DNA of 64,000 nucleotides from Bispira polyomma (Eukaryota): NCBI GenBank assembly GCA_965649765.1, contig OZ287749.1, positions 95,542,001 to 95,606,000 of the forward strand, read 5' to 3'. Shown piece by piece: positions 52,766 to 64,000 of this stretch (position 1 is its first letter; each line of letters starts with the position of its first letter). The notes under the pieces were generated by a model. It saw only the letters and a program-made list of their open reading frames with translations, ran no database searches and was not told where the DNA came from. The position numbers and the translations under genes were made by a program.

Positions 52766-53369
52766 TACACAGTCCTCCTTTCCTCTTTTATGCACTACTG
52801 GGCTCCACCCTAGCATTTTCGTTCTTACATGCCCAAAGCTCTAAATATTTTACTTGATAAAAATATTAGAGTATAAAAACATAGTTAGTCAATGTTTTGG
52901 TAGTACTTGTAAACATTTAGTACCTGCAAGACCTTCTATAAAATAACATTATAAAACTGTAAATATGCATTTATTCACACAACAAAATGTTAACCGAAAA
53001 CACCTAAAGGTTATATCTTTTGCCTCTTAATTTAAAGACAGCCTTTTTCCTGATACAACAGATAAACGGTAATGTCAAGATTTATGTGGCAGTAACTCTC
53101 TCAGATAATGTTCCATTTTTTGGACTAAGAGAGGGGGAGAGGTAACTGTCAAGTTGGGGAAACTAATAAGGAATAATGACCCTGGAGGACAATAAAATTA
53201 GTAGAGCTGTATCTATCACTTTAATCCTGTTATATTTTATTAATAGTAATTGTTGTTGTACATATGATTATACCAATAACCAGAAAGCTGTGACACAACA
53301 AATTTCTGACCACCTCAACACACAAAACATCAAAAATTGTCAACAATTTGCTTACAGAGGTTTCACTCC

Positions 53370-53820
53370 ACAGAAAGTGCCCTTATTGCTCGCAATAATG
53401 ATATTAACATTGCATTGGATCGCAGTAAAACAGTGACCCTCACCCTTTTAGATATCTCGGCAGCCTTTGACACCATTGACCATGGTCTACTTTGTTACAC
53501 TCTCATGCAGTAGTTCGGACTTAATGGCACTGTTCTTGATTGGATTAGATCCTACCTAACTAGCAGAGCACAAACAAATTTAACTAGATGATCACTTGTC
53601 ATCTTCCATTAACCTACCATATGGAGTACCCAAGGGATCTGTCCTTTGGACCTCTACTTTAGAACCCTCTATACACATGCTCTCAACAGTATCATCAATA
53701 ATCATAATGTAAAACATCAAATGTATGCCGATGACACTCAAGTCTATCCCTCAAAATCCAAATAAAAGTATTGATCTACTCGCAGACTGTCTTTCCTCTG
53801 TCCAGGCGTGGATGAACTAC
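53370..53820 (+). mobile_element. L2/CR1-group LINE RT fragment
   Basis: LDISAAFDTIDH, GVPKGSVL, MYADDTQ. Similar to 13064-13290. Confidence 0.8.
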
Positions 53821-55178
53821 GTCACAATTGGATCACAATACAGTCTGAGAACAGTTTACAATTTGATTGCTAACTGAGCATATTGGTTTTGACAGATTGG
53901 TCTGTTGTCGGACAACACATTACATATATCGGTGTTGGGGACAGAATGTAAAGGTGTGTGTCACGGGGAGACTTGAAGTATAAATATCTCAACAGGGTCA
54001 CTCCGTTTTAGCACTAACTTGTGTAATTTTTAGGTGCAAAATTTAATTTTCAAAAAATGTCTTAATACTTCTGATAAAATTATGAAAATGTGTCTGTAAC
54101 AGAATAAACCATCGATAATTTAGTCCCTGTATTAGCAGGCAGCATTGTAAGTTACAATCAGGCTAATTAAACAGGATCAGAAATCAAATAATATTTGGTC
54201 ATTTGGGTACACTTATTTTGATCTAAACATTTTGAATCTCATATAGTTGGTCAACTGGTTTAGTAGCACTTGTAAAAACTTAACACCAACAAAAACAGTT
54301 TAACAACTTTTGTTTCTACAGAATGCCCTTATAAAACTGTCCACAATGCATTATTGACAACTAAAAAAGGTAACCAAAAATACTTAAAGGTTATATCCTT
54401 TGCTCTTTAATTTTGAAAAAAAAGTCTTTTCCTCTAATATAACAGTAATGTTAAGATTTTTGGGATAGCAACTATCACGGATGATATTATGGAGTTTTTT
54501 GGAGCGGAGGAAGGATAGCTTGCCAAGTTGGGGAAACCAACAAGAAGAAATACTGACCCCGGAGGACAATGAAATCACATTAGTCCTCTTATATTTTAAC
54601 TGTAGGAGTCATTATTTTCCATTTCTTACTGATTTAGTAGATGTTGGAGGGGATCTACATATAACATTTTTTCCAGAGTTTTCATTTAAGTTGGCATGGG
54701 CATTAGCAGTTTTTATTACTTCGTATTATATTTTAACGACCAATAATGCCAGATTCACAATTTTTCAAATTATTACATCTCTGTTGAGGTATTAGGTTTT
54801 TACTACAGAGGCCCTTCCATTGACTTAAAGTGAGATTTGTGTTATTTAATAAAAGGTAATCCCCAACCCAGGAGAGGTATTCGTTTGTCTTCTGTATTGA
54901 GGCTTATTAAGTTGTATTTGTAGTTTATTGGGAATTTTACATCACTTTCAATATATTGTATCAGATGTGTCAATAAATGGATTTATTGTTGGAGGAAACC
55001 CACGGCAGTATTCTAAAAAAAACCCCTTAAACTCCGCCGCAACTCTGAGTTTTTGCTTAGTTGTTATTGTGACACATTCAGATTTAAGTTGAGATTAACT
55101 CTTTATTCTCCTTTATTCTAACATTTTAAGTTGAGATTTTTGCTCAGCTCAAGCTCAACGTTGAGAAAGGCTGTACCT

Positions 55179-55500
55179 CGCTGTGGCCTAGTGGTCAGAG
55201 TGTGGCCGCTGTGGCCTAGTGGTCAGAGTGTCAGACGGGATATGAGAGACCTGAGAGCCCTGGTTTGATCCTCGCTGCTGGCCTGGAGATTAAAGCTTTG
55301 GAGAAGGTACTTCACACAAAGTTCAACCTCTCTACCCAGATGTATAAATGGGTACCTGGCTGCTAATGGGTGTTAGTCTTGGTGGCAGCACGTATAGTAT
55401 GCTTTCTAAGGGAGCTGAGACTGAACAATTGGTTGACAAGTGCAATAATTCAGAATGGGGGTGTGAACTGTAAAGTCGGCTGATACCTCAAAATAGGTAT
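55179..55500 (+). mobile_element. tRNA-derived CORE-type SINE with duplicated 28-bp head
   Basis: CGCTGTGGCCTAGTGGTCAGAGTGT occurs twice, then a B box, then ACCCAGATGTATAAATGGGTACC. A related remnant lies at ~59000-59140. Confidence 0.6.
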
Positions 55501-55544
55501 ATAGGTATTTTTGACAAGTATATTGTACGCATATGGAATACTGA

Positions 55545-58500
55545 CCAATGTGGGTTCGAAATGCTGTTTGTTTGTTCATTCGGGACAGTTTGTCAGGTAC
55601 TTGCCGTAGGCTGGTGGTTCACATTGCTTTACCACTGGTTTCATCTACTGTTAAACATCTGGCCATCCTTTGACCTCAGCTGTTGAACGCAAATAAAAGC
55701 CAACTAAATTCAAATGCAAAAGGGTTAAGATACCCACTAGGCTTTGATTGAGCAATATATGGTAACAAACTTAACCCCTAAAAGAGCAAAAAAACACCTT
55801 AAGAAAGAGAAGCTAGATAAACATTAAAAGGACAGCTTCTTTTAAATGTGATCTGTTTTTCTAAAAGCTTAACATGTCTTTGCCAGATTGGAAGCCTGGG
55901 CTGCCCTTTTTCTATGAAATCTAACACGTATCAAGATTGGTCTTCAAATGAATGGGGAGACTGAGTTGAATCCTTGATGAGCCTTTGAAAGCTCAGACAA
56001 TGGGGCCTATCTGGACAGCACACTGTGTACACTAGCCTCCAGTGAATAAATACAGAAAATATTAACAGATACTTAATTCCCTTTCCCATGTAGTTGGCTG
56101 TCAGCGACTGACATGAATGATATTTTATGTTAATGATTTTGTTTGCTACTATGATAAAACAAATTGGTGTCAGATGTTGGCTTGTATATTATGTAAATAT
56201 GGAAGGAAACATTGGAATCAACCAGAGGCTATTGGTGACCAATCATCTGCCATACGGAAGCTTAAGCTTACCTGTGTTTCCATCTGTTAGACAGCCAATG
56301 GCGACACACAATACTGTCATTTGCTTAATTTCTATATCCCAGTCAATGGTTGTAAAAGGTAGATTGGCATTTACCTATAGATAAAACAGGAATCCCACAT
56401 TTTTCAAAGATTCAATTTTACTTCGTAACACAATTGGGTCGAAAATTACACACATGAAAACACTGCAATATGCTGTAGGATTGTCAGTTGCCTACTGTCA
56501 GCTACATCGAAACATGGGATTAGTGGAGGGAAATCTAGTTTGGAGATTGGCCACTGGGACAATTGTAAGTTATCAGTCTGTCTCTGTGTTAAGAAAAATA
56601 TTCAAGTATTTGTTCTTGGACACCCTGTTATGTACAGGCGGTCCATTTTAAAGAGAGTTCGGTAAAGTTGTAAGACATTTACACTCACTTTGAAAATATT
56701 TCTGTCAATTGACAGATTATAAATGCCTATATCATGAAATTAAAAACTAAATCAGATTTGAAAAGCTTAGAATTACCATTTAAAATCAATATTTAACACA
56801 TGAATTTAACACGTGAATTTGAAACTCAATTTTGCAGTTAACATACGTTGCAGTTCTGGGCTTTTAAAAAACAAACAACAATGTTCATCCTTTTAGCATG
56901 TTCCTACTTTTAGGTATACCTTTAACATTAAAAATGCTTCTACACTTGCAACAACATTAACGAAAAACCTCCCTTAGGCTTTTTCATAATTTACACAGTT
57001 TAATTTAAAGATTTCCCACTTTTTTCCACGCTGAAGGGCCTGGGGAGGAGGTACTTAAATAAGAGTCATGTACAGGCTGAGCCAGTCATGGGGTTCTTTG
57101 GCTGTATTTAACCACTTGAAAAAAGCAACTTCAAAAGGTTATATCCATTAAGCACAAGCCTGTTGCCAGTCGATGAAAAATACATATGAAAAGTTTTACT
57201 ACAGAAGAAATAAACAAAGATGAAGCAGGTGTAATTTGCACTGGCAAATATAGCTTATTTGATTAGAATGCAGAAAACATTATCTATAATTGCTCATACT
57301 AAATGAGACACACCACTGCTCTAAATCACGGAGACAATTTTAGATTCTTTAGTATCAATAGGTACAAAATGTATAACTGAGGACTTTCTTTTTATGCAAA
57401 ATATAAGTTACAGATGTACTCAAAATTAAATTTAAGGAAAAGCAAAAATGTTTGAAATTTTTGGGAAAAGCTAACATTGTCCAATATTTTGCGATAAAGC
57501 CAAAATATTCCAATACTTTTGAAAAGAGCCACCATATTTTTAGATAAACCAGAACTACTACCTAGAATTTTAATAAAAGTACATGCTATCCACGATTAGA
57601 AATATAAGTAATCCAGTTGGTGATGTTGCTGTTTTAACTGCCCATCCCCCCCCCCCCCCCCCCCCCCCCCAGAATATTAATTCTTGAAAGACTTAAATAT
57701 TGATAAGTTAAAACATTCTCTTCTCAAAACAGAGACAGACTGATAACCTACAATTGTCCCAGTAGGCAATCTCCAAACTAGATCTCCCTCTACTAAAGCT
57801 ATGTTTCCATGTAGCAGATAATTGATCTAGCAAAACACTGACACTTTTACAGCATATTGCACTGCTTTTATGCATGTGTTATTCTGGCTGATTTTGCTAG
57901 GAAGACAAATTTCATCCATCAAAAAACAATATGTTGTTCCTGTTTTATTTGCCTACATTTTCACTACCTAGGCACATAAGTCTGACTTGCCTTGTCTGCT
58001 GGCCATTGAGTACATGGGTATGGGATATAAAAATAAAGCAAGTGTGTCTGCTACATGGAAACATCTGTAAAACTTATGCTTCCATATAGCAGACTGCTGA
58101 TTGCCACTGGCTGGCTACCAATACACAAATGTATTCATTGCTTGGGTGTATGAGGTAAACAGGAATTGATCATCAGCATTTAGAAACATCTGCAAATTGA
58201 GTGTTACTTTGACTGTTTACAAGCCAACATCCAACAGTGACTAATTTTTTGCCGTTCTAGTGGCCACAGATTCTATTTGTGTCGCCTGCTAGCCATCAAC
58301 CTCTTCATGTCAGATGCTGACAGTCGACTACATGGGAAAGAGGATTAAGTATCTTTTCTTTCTTCTGTATTTATTTTCTGGAGGCTAGTGTACACAGTGT
58401 GCTGGTCAGATGGGCCCTATTGTCGGAGCTTTTAAAGGCTCATCAAATATTCAACTCAGTCTCCCCATTCATTTGAGGACCAATCTTGATACGTGTTAGA

Positions 58501-58865
58501 TTTTGTAGAAAAAAGGCAGCCCAGGCTTCCAATCTGGCAAACACGTATCAACCTTTTAGAAAAACAGATCACATTTAAAAGAAGCTGTCCTTCTAATGTT
58601 TATCTAGCTTCTCTTTCTTGAGGTGTTTTTGGCTCTTTTAGGGGTTAAGTTTGTTACCGTATATTGTTCAATCAAAACCTAGTGAATATCTTTTGCATTT
58701 GAAAATAGTTGGATTTTACTTCGCTTTTAACAGTTTAGGTCATATCACGACGGCTAGATTTTTAACAGTGTAGGAAACCACTTTTGAGACACTGTACACC
58801 ACCAGCCCATGGCAAATGCCTGACAATTTTTTCAGGAAGAAACAAACAGGATTTGAACCCACATT
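55545..58865. repeat. Large inverted duplication (arms ~1.1 kb, spacer ~1.1 kb)
   Basis: 55545-56110 matches the reverse complement of 58320-58865, and 56460-56590 matches the reverse complement of 57728-57865. Confidence 0.85.
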
Positions 58866-59407
58866 AGAGATAAGCTAGTGATTTTGAAGCAAGTAATCTA
58901 ACCATTTGAACCCTGTTGCAGCTTTATCAACAGTATTTTACCAACAAATCAAAAGGATATTGTGAAAAAGATGATGTCACAATATATGTTCTGATTCTCT
59001 GGTAAGAGTGTCTGAGGTTCAATCCTCTCTGCATATCTGGTGATTGTACCCTTGCACAAGGTACTTCAATGAACCCAGGTGTATAAATGGATACCAGGCT
59101 AACAATGAGTGTTATGTTAGCAGCATGATCATTATGTTCGTCAATAAAATTTAAAAATAGACTGGAGATTTTTCCTTAAAGTGAAATACTGCGGTTGACA
59201 AAGACACAAGAGACACAACATACGCCATATTATTATTATCAATATAAAAACTTTAAAAAAACCTTATTCTATATACATCTTTGTGTCCATGGCCTAATGG
59301 TTAGAAAAATTCACTGTGCACCAGGTTGCCTATCGCCCCTGAGGACAGCGGTTCAAATACTACTGGTTACTTTGGTATTGAAATGTCTATTCAAATGAAC
59401 CAAGCAG

Positions 59408-60037
59408 GGGCAGAATTCACAAAAGGTCTTAAGTTTGTCTTAAATCCAGATTTTGTCTTAGACTTCAGACAGAATTTTTGCTTATCTAAAATTGAGATTC
59501 ACAAAAGGTATTCGACAACATTTAGACTTTTAGTTTTGTCATAACTTTAAGACCTCTAGTAAGAAGTCTTAAGTGTTGGAAAAAGTCTTAAATATATTTT
59601 AATTGATAATTTTATTAATTTACCAAATAAGCTGTATTTTCCTCTGCATATTCACACTGTTTATTAAAATATAAATTAAAGTTTATAGAACATTATATCC
59701 CCAAAAGGAATGTTACACCCCTGTTAGACAGAAAAAAATAACTTGTTCCCATTCAATAGATTCGCTGATCTAAGCATCAATTTAGTGTAAGACTTGAGAC
59801 CTTTTGGGAATCACATCCAATTTTACTAGTATGGCCAATAAGAGGTGCCTTTTCTATGTGGTTATATAACGTGACCTAGATTTAAGCTTAGACAAGGGTC
59901 TTAGCCAAGTTTTCGCTGAGCACTCTTTGTGAATCCCAATTTAAGACAACCCTTAGCTAAGACAAAAAATCTTAAATCTTAGACTGGTCTAGGCTAAAAT
60001 TTAGTCTAAGACTTGAGACCTTTTGTGAATCTCGCCC
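59408..60037. mobile_element. Harbinger/Tourist-like MITE
   Basis: TIR GGGCAGAATTCACAAAAGGTCTTAAG / CTTGAGACCTTTTGTGAATCTCGCCC, with 3-bp TSD CAG. Confidence 0.75.
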
Positions 60038-61784
60038 CAGAGCTCCAAGTTTAAGCTTCTTCAGAGAATACGCGCCCAGGTTTCCCATAAAACGATAAAT
60101 CTGGCTATTGACTCAACTGAAACAAGATGTTTGAATCTGACGTGAAACCCCAATAAACTAAACCTTAACTCAAAATTCAATGCTTCATCATGTGAAGAAA
60201 TAGTGAGTCTGACTACAGACGACAAATAAATACATAAAAGAAGGAAGGGGGGGATGACACTCCAAGGCAGTGGCAGGGGGTATCTTTTAGTGAAAATCTT
60301 GTGATGTACCTTCACAGAAGTTAATAATAACTCAGAGATAAAAGTATGAATGGGGCATTTAGCAGTTGTTAAATAAGAAATGCTAATGTCTTTGAAAACT
60401 TTAACTAAAAACTCTCTAATTATTGGTATAGGCATGTATCCTCCCTAAAGTCTTTTGTACTTTAAGAAATCTATTTGTGGAATTAAGAATAAATCTAGTA
60501 TGTCATTAATGAATGCAATATAAGGTAATGGGTGGTGTTTGTATAGCAGTTATAATCATACATATCATAATGATTGCTATGCTACTATAACCAAGTAGTG
60601 TAACCTGGTGATAAAAGGGTTTTTGAGGTTAATTAAAAGACATATCAAAAGTTAAGTATTCGAAGGCTGAGCTATATGCTATGACTAAATTTCAAAGATG
60701 GATAGTCCAGCTCCTCCCCCCCCCCATCTTTCCCTAAGCCCCCTCCCTCCTCCCTCGCTCCAGTTTTCAATGGCCAAAAAGAGGACCATGTTTGTCTCGC
60801 ACAAAAGCATTAAAATATTTACTCAAAGCGACACTTACCCACACATCATCCTGTCCCAAGGCCAGATATCATATTAAAAAGAGTCCTAGAAACAGTATAT
60901 TGGAAAACATGAAAAAAGAATACAGATTAAGTATTTAAGTAATTTCGAGCATTTTCAAACATCCTAGTTAGAAAATTATCTGCCCTCTTTATTTATAAAA
61001 CAAATCAAAAGCTGCTATGCTATGACGTCATTCCACAGATGGATAGCCCACATCCCCCTTTTCACCATTACCCTCTCAACCCACCTCACCTCAGGTTTGA
61101 ATGGCTAAAAAAATGTCAAGATATTTCAGTTCCCCGTGGGCCAAGGGAAAGTTAGTAATAGAAACCTTAATAATTTTCTAATTCCTTCAGCAACACAGAA
61201 AAACACTTGCGGGTAAATATTTATTAATGACTAGCATGGTTAGTTCTACAGGTATAGTATGTACAGTTTCGGATTATAGTTGAGGGGCATAAGGTCACCT
61301 TACAGTGAGTTAAAGTTTAAGGTGAACGTAAAGTCAGTCTAAATTCTTTTTATAACAATAAGGTAGACTTAAGGTCACCTTAAAGAAGAATTTTGAGGGG
61401 GCCTAACGATGGCCCTAAGTTGAGTTTAAGACTAGCAACCAATGTGTCAAGAGTATGCCAATGAAGGGGCACTGTTAGTGAGCCCGACTTAGATTTGAAC
61501 TTCATTCTGAACATACCTTGAGTTCAAGTCAGTATGGAAGTAAATGGGCCCGAACTGTTGGCCCTACCTTGAGTTTAAGGTTGATTTAAAGCATACTATG
61601 GAGGTTGCGAAGTGATTGGAAGATAAATTATGTAAGAGTACATAATGTACCGAGATATAAGGTGACCTTATGCCCAAGGACAAGGGGGTTGTGAACTGTC
61701 CAAATTTATGTTTATTATACCATAACATTTATATATTCTTTTTGCACAGGTGACCTATAGAAGCCAAACCACCAAACACCAGAG

Positions 61785-62627
61785 TTACCTAGAAGTAGGC
61801 TGAAGCGCACCCTTAAAGCAATCAGCGACCTGGGACCCTGTCTGGGCCGAATCCGTAATGTACCTCCAGACGCAGTCCGACGTCCAGGTGCCATGCCGCT
61901 GAATGTCCTGTATGTTGACATTATTGTTAAAGGTAAACGTGGCACCTGAACGCTGGAACGCATGGAAAGTAAGGTTAGCATGACCACAGCCCAGGAGCTG
62001 CAGCACATTCTTCAAGTGACGCCGAACCCTGGTGTCCGTCAACGGAACCCAAGCACCACCCAACTTATACTGAAAAAGAGGCATGTTAGGGCCAACAGGG
62101 GTGAGGGCCAGCACATTTTTCAGAGCAGCCACCGGACAAAGGCATGAGTTCTGCAGGACTGGAATATTTAACAGTTTAATTTGATTGTTCACCTGCATGG
62201 TCTTAGACCATTTCACTAAAAGAGTTATGTACCCAGGCTTAAACAACACATCCCCTCTGGCCAAATGCTTCAATGGAGAGAACCCAGCCACAGAGTGTGG
62301 GCACAAATTGGAAAGCCTCAAGAAACTGAAAAAACTGGTCAGATAAACAGCCTTAAAGATCTGTCCCATGTACGTGTTGTCGCATTTGGCAACCAATGCA
62401 ATTAGCAAAGGAATATCAAATAATGTTTTAAGTTTGGCTTGTAAAGGCTTATTAATAGCAAGAGCCCTACTATAATAAGATATGCGTGGATCTGCAAAGC
62501 AGTCCACATTTACATGAAAAAGAATGCATTTAGCTTTAACAGCCGACAGATGATTTGCAATTTGAGCAGCAGACATATGATTAAAAGTCAGAAACTCTAG
62601 AAAAGACAAAATTCTGAATACAGTCAC
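61785..62627 (-). CDS. Tyrosine recombinase of element 5 (N-truncated, likely inactive)
   Basis: FLRLSN, HAFQRSGA (Q in place of the HxxR arginine), HGTW, WRY. Confidence 0.85.
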   Translation of the reverse strand: MTVFRILSFLEFLTFNHMSAAQIANHLSAVKAKCILFHVNVDCFADPRISYYSRALAINKPLQAKLKTLFDIPLLIALVAKCDNTYMGQIFKAVYLTSFFSFLRLSNLCPHSVAGFSPLKHLARGDVLFKPGYITLLVKWSKTMQVNNQIKLLNIPVLQNSCLCPVAALKNVLALTPVGPNMPLFQYKLGGAWVPLTDTRVRRHLKNVLQLLGCGHANLTFHAFQRSGATFTFNNNVNIQDIQRHGTWTSDCVWRYITDSAQTGSQVADCFKGALQPTSR

Positions 62628-64000
62628 CTGATACGCCCGGTTTCCATGACACTAACCACTGCCTGATTGTCGCATTTGAACATAACTTTTTTGCCTTGCC
62701 ACACGTTGGACCATAGCTTAAGGGCAACGAGTATGTTGATCATTTCAAGCGACGCTATATTGTCACTGGTCATGTGTGAGGATACTTTAAGTTTGTACAC
62801 GTCATTGCCACAGATGCCCCCCATACCGGTTAGACATGAATGTAATTCTACCTGTGCATGGGTACCCTTATGTGAGAAAAAAGACACGCCATTGAAATGC
62901 CTCATGAAGGTTCTAAACCAATTTAAATCCCTGTTGAAGTCTTCAGTGACTATCAACCGACTTTTGCTATAATTGTCTCTGAGGAATTGCAACATACAGT
63001 TCAAAAAGACTCTAGCATATTTAATGCATTTGGCTACATATAAGAGGGAGCCCAATAAAGACTGTAATTCCTTTTTAGTACAGAATTCTTTCCCTTGCCA
63101 CATGTTGCACTTGGCCGTGATTTCCTGCATTTTTTCGTCCGGGATAGAGGTGGTATAATTTTCAGTATCTATTAGTATGCCCAGGCATATTACCCGTGTG
63201 CTGGGAGGAACCAACTTCTTCTGACTGACCGTGAGGCCAAGCTCCTTGAGCAAGGCCTGAAGACGTTCGTAACTGGCTATTATTTTACTTGGCAATGATA
63301 CGGTCAAAAAATCGTCTAAATAGTTGTGTACTTTGTATCCCTCCGCCTTCATTATAAATCTTACAGCATCAGAAAGACGCTGAAAAATGGTACTACCATT
63401 CTGATACCTGAAGGGAAGACATTTATCGACGTAAAATTCTTTCCATTTTAGGCCAAGGAGATCGTTGTCACCCGGATCTATGGGAACGTGCCTAAAGGCC
63501 CTACTTACGTCAATTTTATAGATATGACATCCTCTACCCAATCTGGTTACTTCAGTAGTAATGTTATCAATGGAAGGATATGATAGAATAAAATCAGTGT
63601 CAAGGTAGGAGTTAGCCGAAGCACCTGCGTTAACCGACTGACCATGTGGCCAACTCAAATCGACTATCACTCTCCTATTAGCGGAGGTGGACTTCTCACG
63701 TGTCATCATCGGCGAACAATGCAAGTCCCTAATAGGGGGGTCCTTAAAGAGCCCTAATATAGCCCCAAAGTTACACTCCTCATTGAGATACGTGTCCACA
63801 TGTTCAGGGAAGGTTTCAGCCGAACTATGATTACAATTATCCGACTGACTGACTTTTCCTCGACATACGTCTAAGGGGAAACCGTACTTAACGAGCAGGG
63901 GCAGTTGCCAGTCCCAATACTTAGCGAGGTAATCTTGCCATTTGTCGGCATTTAATTGCGATTCGACCACAAGTTGGAGACCCTTATAATTGTGTCTGCC
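62624..64000 (-). CDS. Reverse transcriptase/RNase H of element 5 (5'-partial, C-terminus deleted)
   Basis: KIDVSRAFRHVPIDP, NYLDDF, CDNQAVV. Confidence 0.85.
   Translation of the reverse strand, partial: GRHNYKGLQLVVESQLNADKWQDYLAKYWDWQLPLLVKYGFPLDVCRGKVSQSDNCNHSSAETFPEHVDTYLNEECNFGAILGLFKDPPIRDLHCSPMMTREKSTSANRRVIVDLSWPHGQSVNAGASANSYLDTDFILSYPSIDNITTEVTRLGRGCHIYKIDVSRAFRHVPIDPGDNDLLGLKWKEFYVDKCLPFRYQNGSTIFQRLSDAVRFIMKAEGYKVHNYLDDFLTVSLPSKIIASYERLQALLKELGLTVSQKKLVPPSTRVICLGILIDTENYTTSIPDEKMQEITAKCNMWQGKEFCTKKELQSLLGSLLYVAKCIKYARVFLNCMLQFLRDNYSKSRLIVTEDFNRDLNWFRTFMRHFNGVSFFSHKGTHAQVELHSCLTGMGGICGNDVYKLKVSSHMTSDNIASLEMINILVALKLWSNVWQGKKVMFKCDNQAVVSVMETGRIR

Larger units (their letters stand above)
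61200..64000 (-). mobile_element. DIRS/Ngaro-type YR retrotransposon (element 5), runs off the window end
   Basis: Long open RT/RNase H and YR frames, followed by a palindrome-rich 3' region. Confidence 0.92.

Noticed and set aside
61785-62627. Phage or bacterial integrase, or a retron-like RT system
   Set aside because: The gag-RT/RNase H-YR order and motifs match eukaryotic DIRS-order retrotransposons.

Overview
AT-rich eukaryotic DNA, probably from an invertebrate animal, dominated by decayed mobile elements. There are at least seven tyrosine-recombinase (DIRS/Ngaro/PAT-type) retrotransposon copies or remnants. One of them keeps a split-direct-repeat A1-ORFs-B1-A2-B2 layout and sits precisely inside a Tx1/L1-like LINE. 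Also present are L2 and Tx1 LINE fragments, an Academ remnant, a PIF/Harbinger remnant, tRNA-derived SINEs, MITEs, a 54-bp tandem array and two inverted duplications. Between the transposons, and not recovered by the ORF track, is an intact six-exon minus-strand gene (40815->37050). It encodes a 123-aa secreted precursor: signal peptide, propeptide, RQKR site, then GLRCWCRSIWTKRVCGCL-G. This is a cationic four-cysteine peptide, probably amidated, that looks like a protegrin-style beta-hairpin antimicrobial peptide or a small toxin. A second notable signal is a conserved phase-1 splice donor in gag and a matching acceptor just after the RNase H stop, which would fuse the Gag N-terminus to the recombinase. 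All coordinates were read by eye, and boundaries of degenerate elements are approximate.
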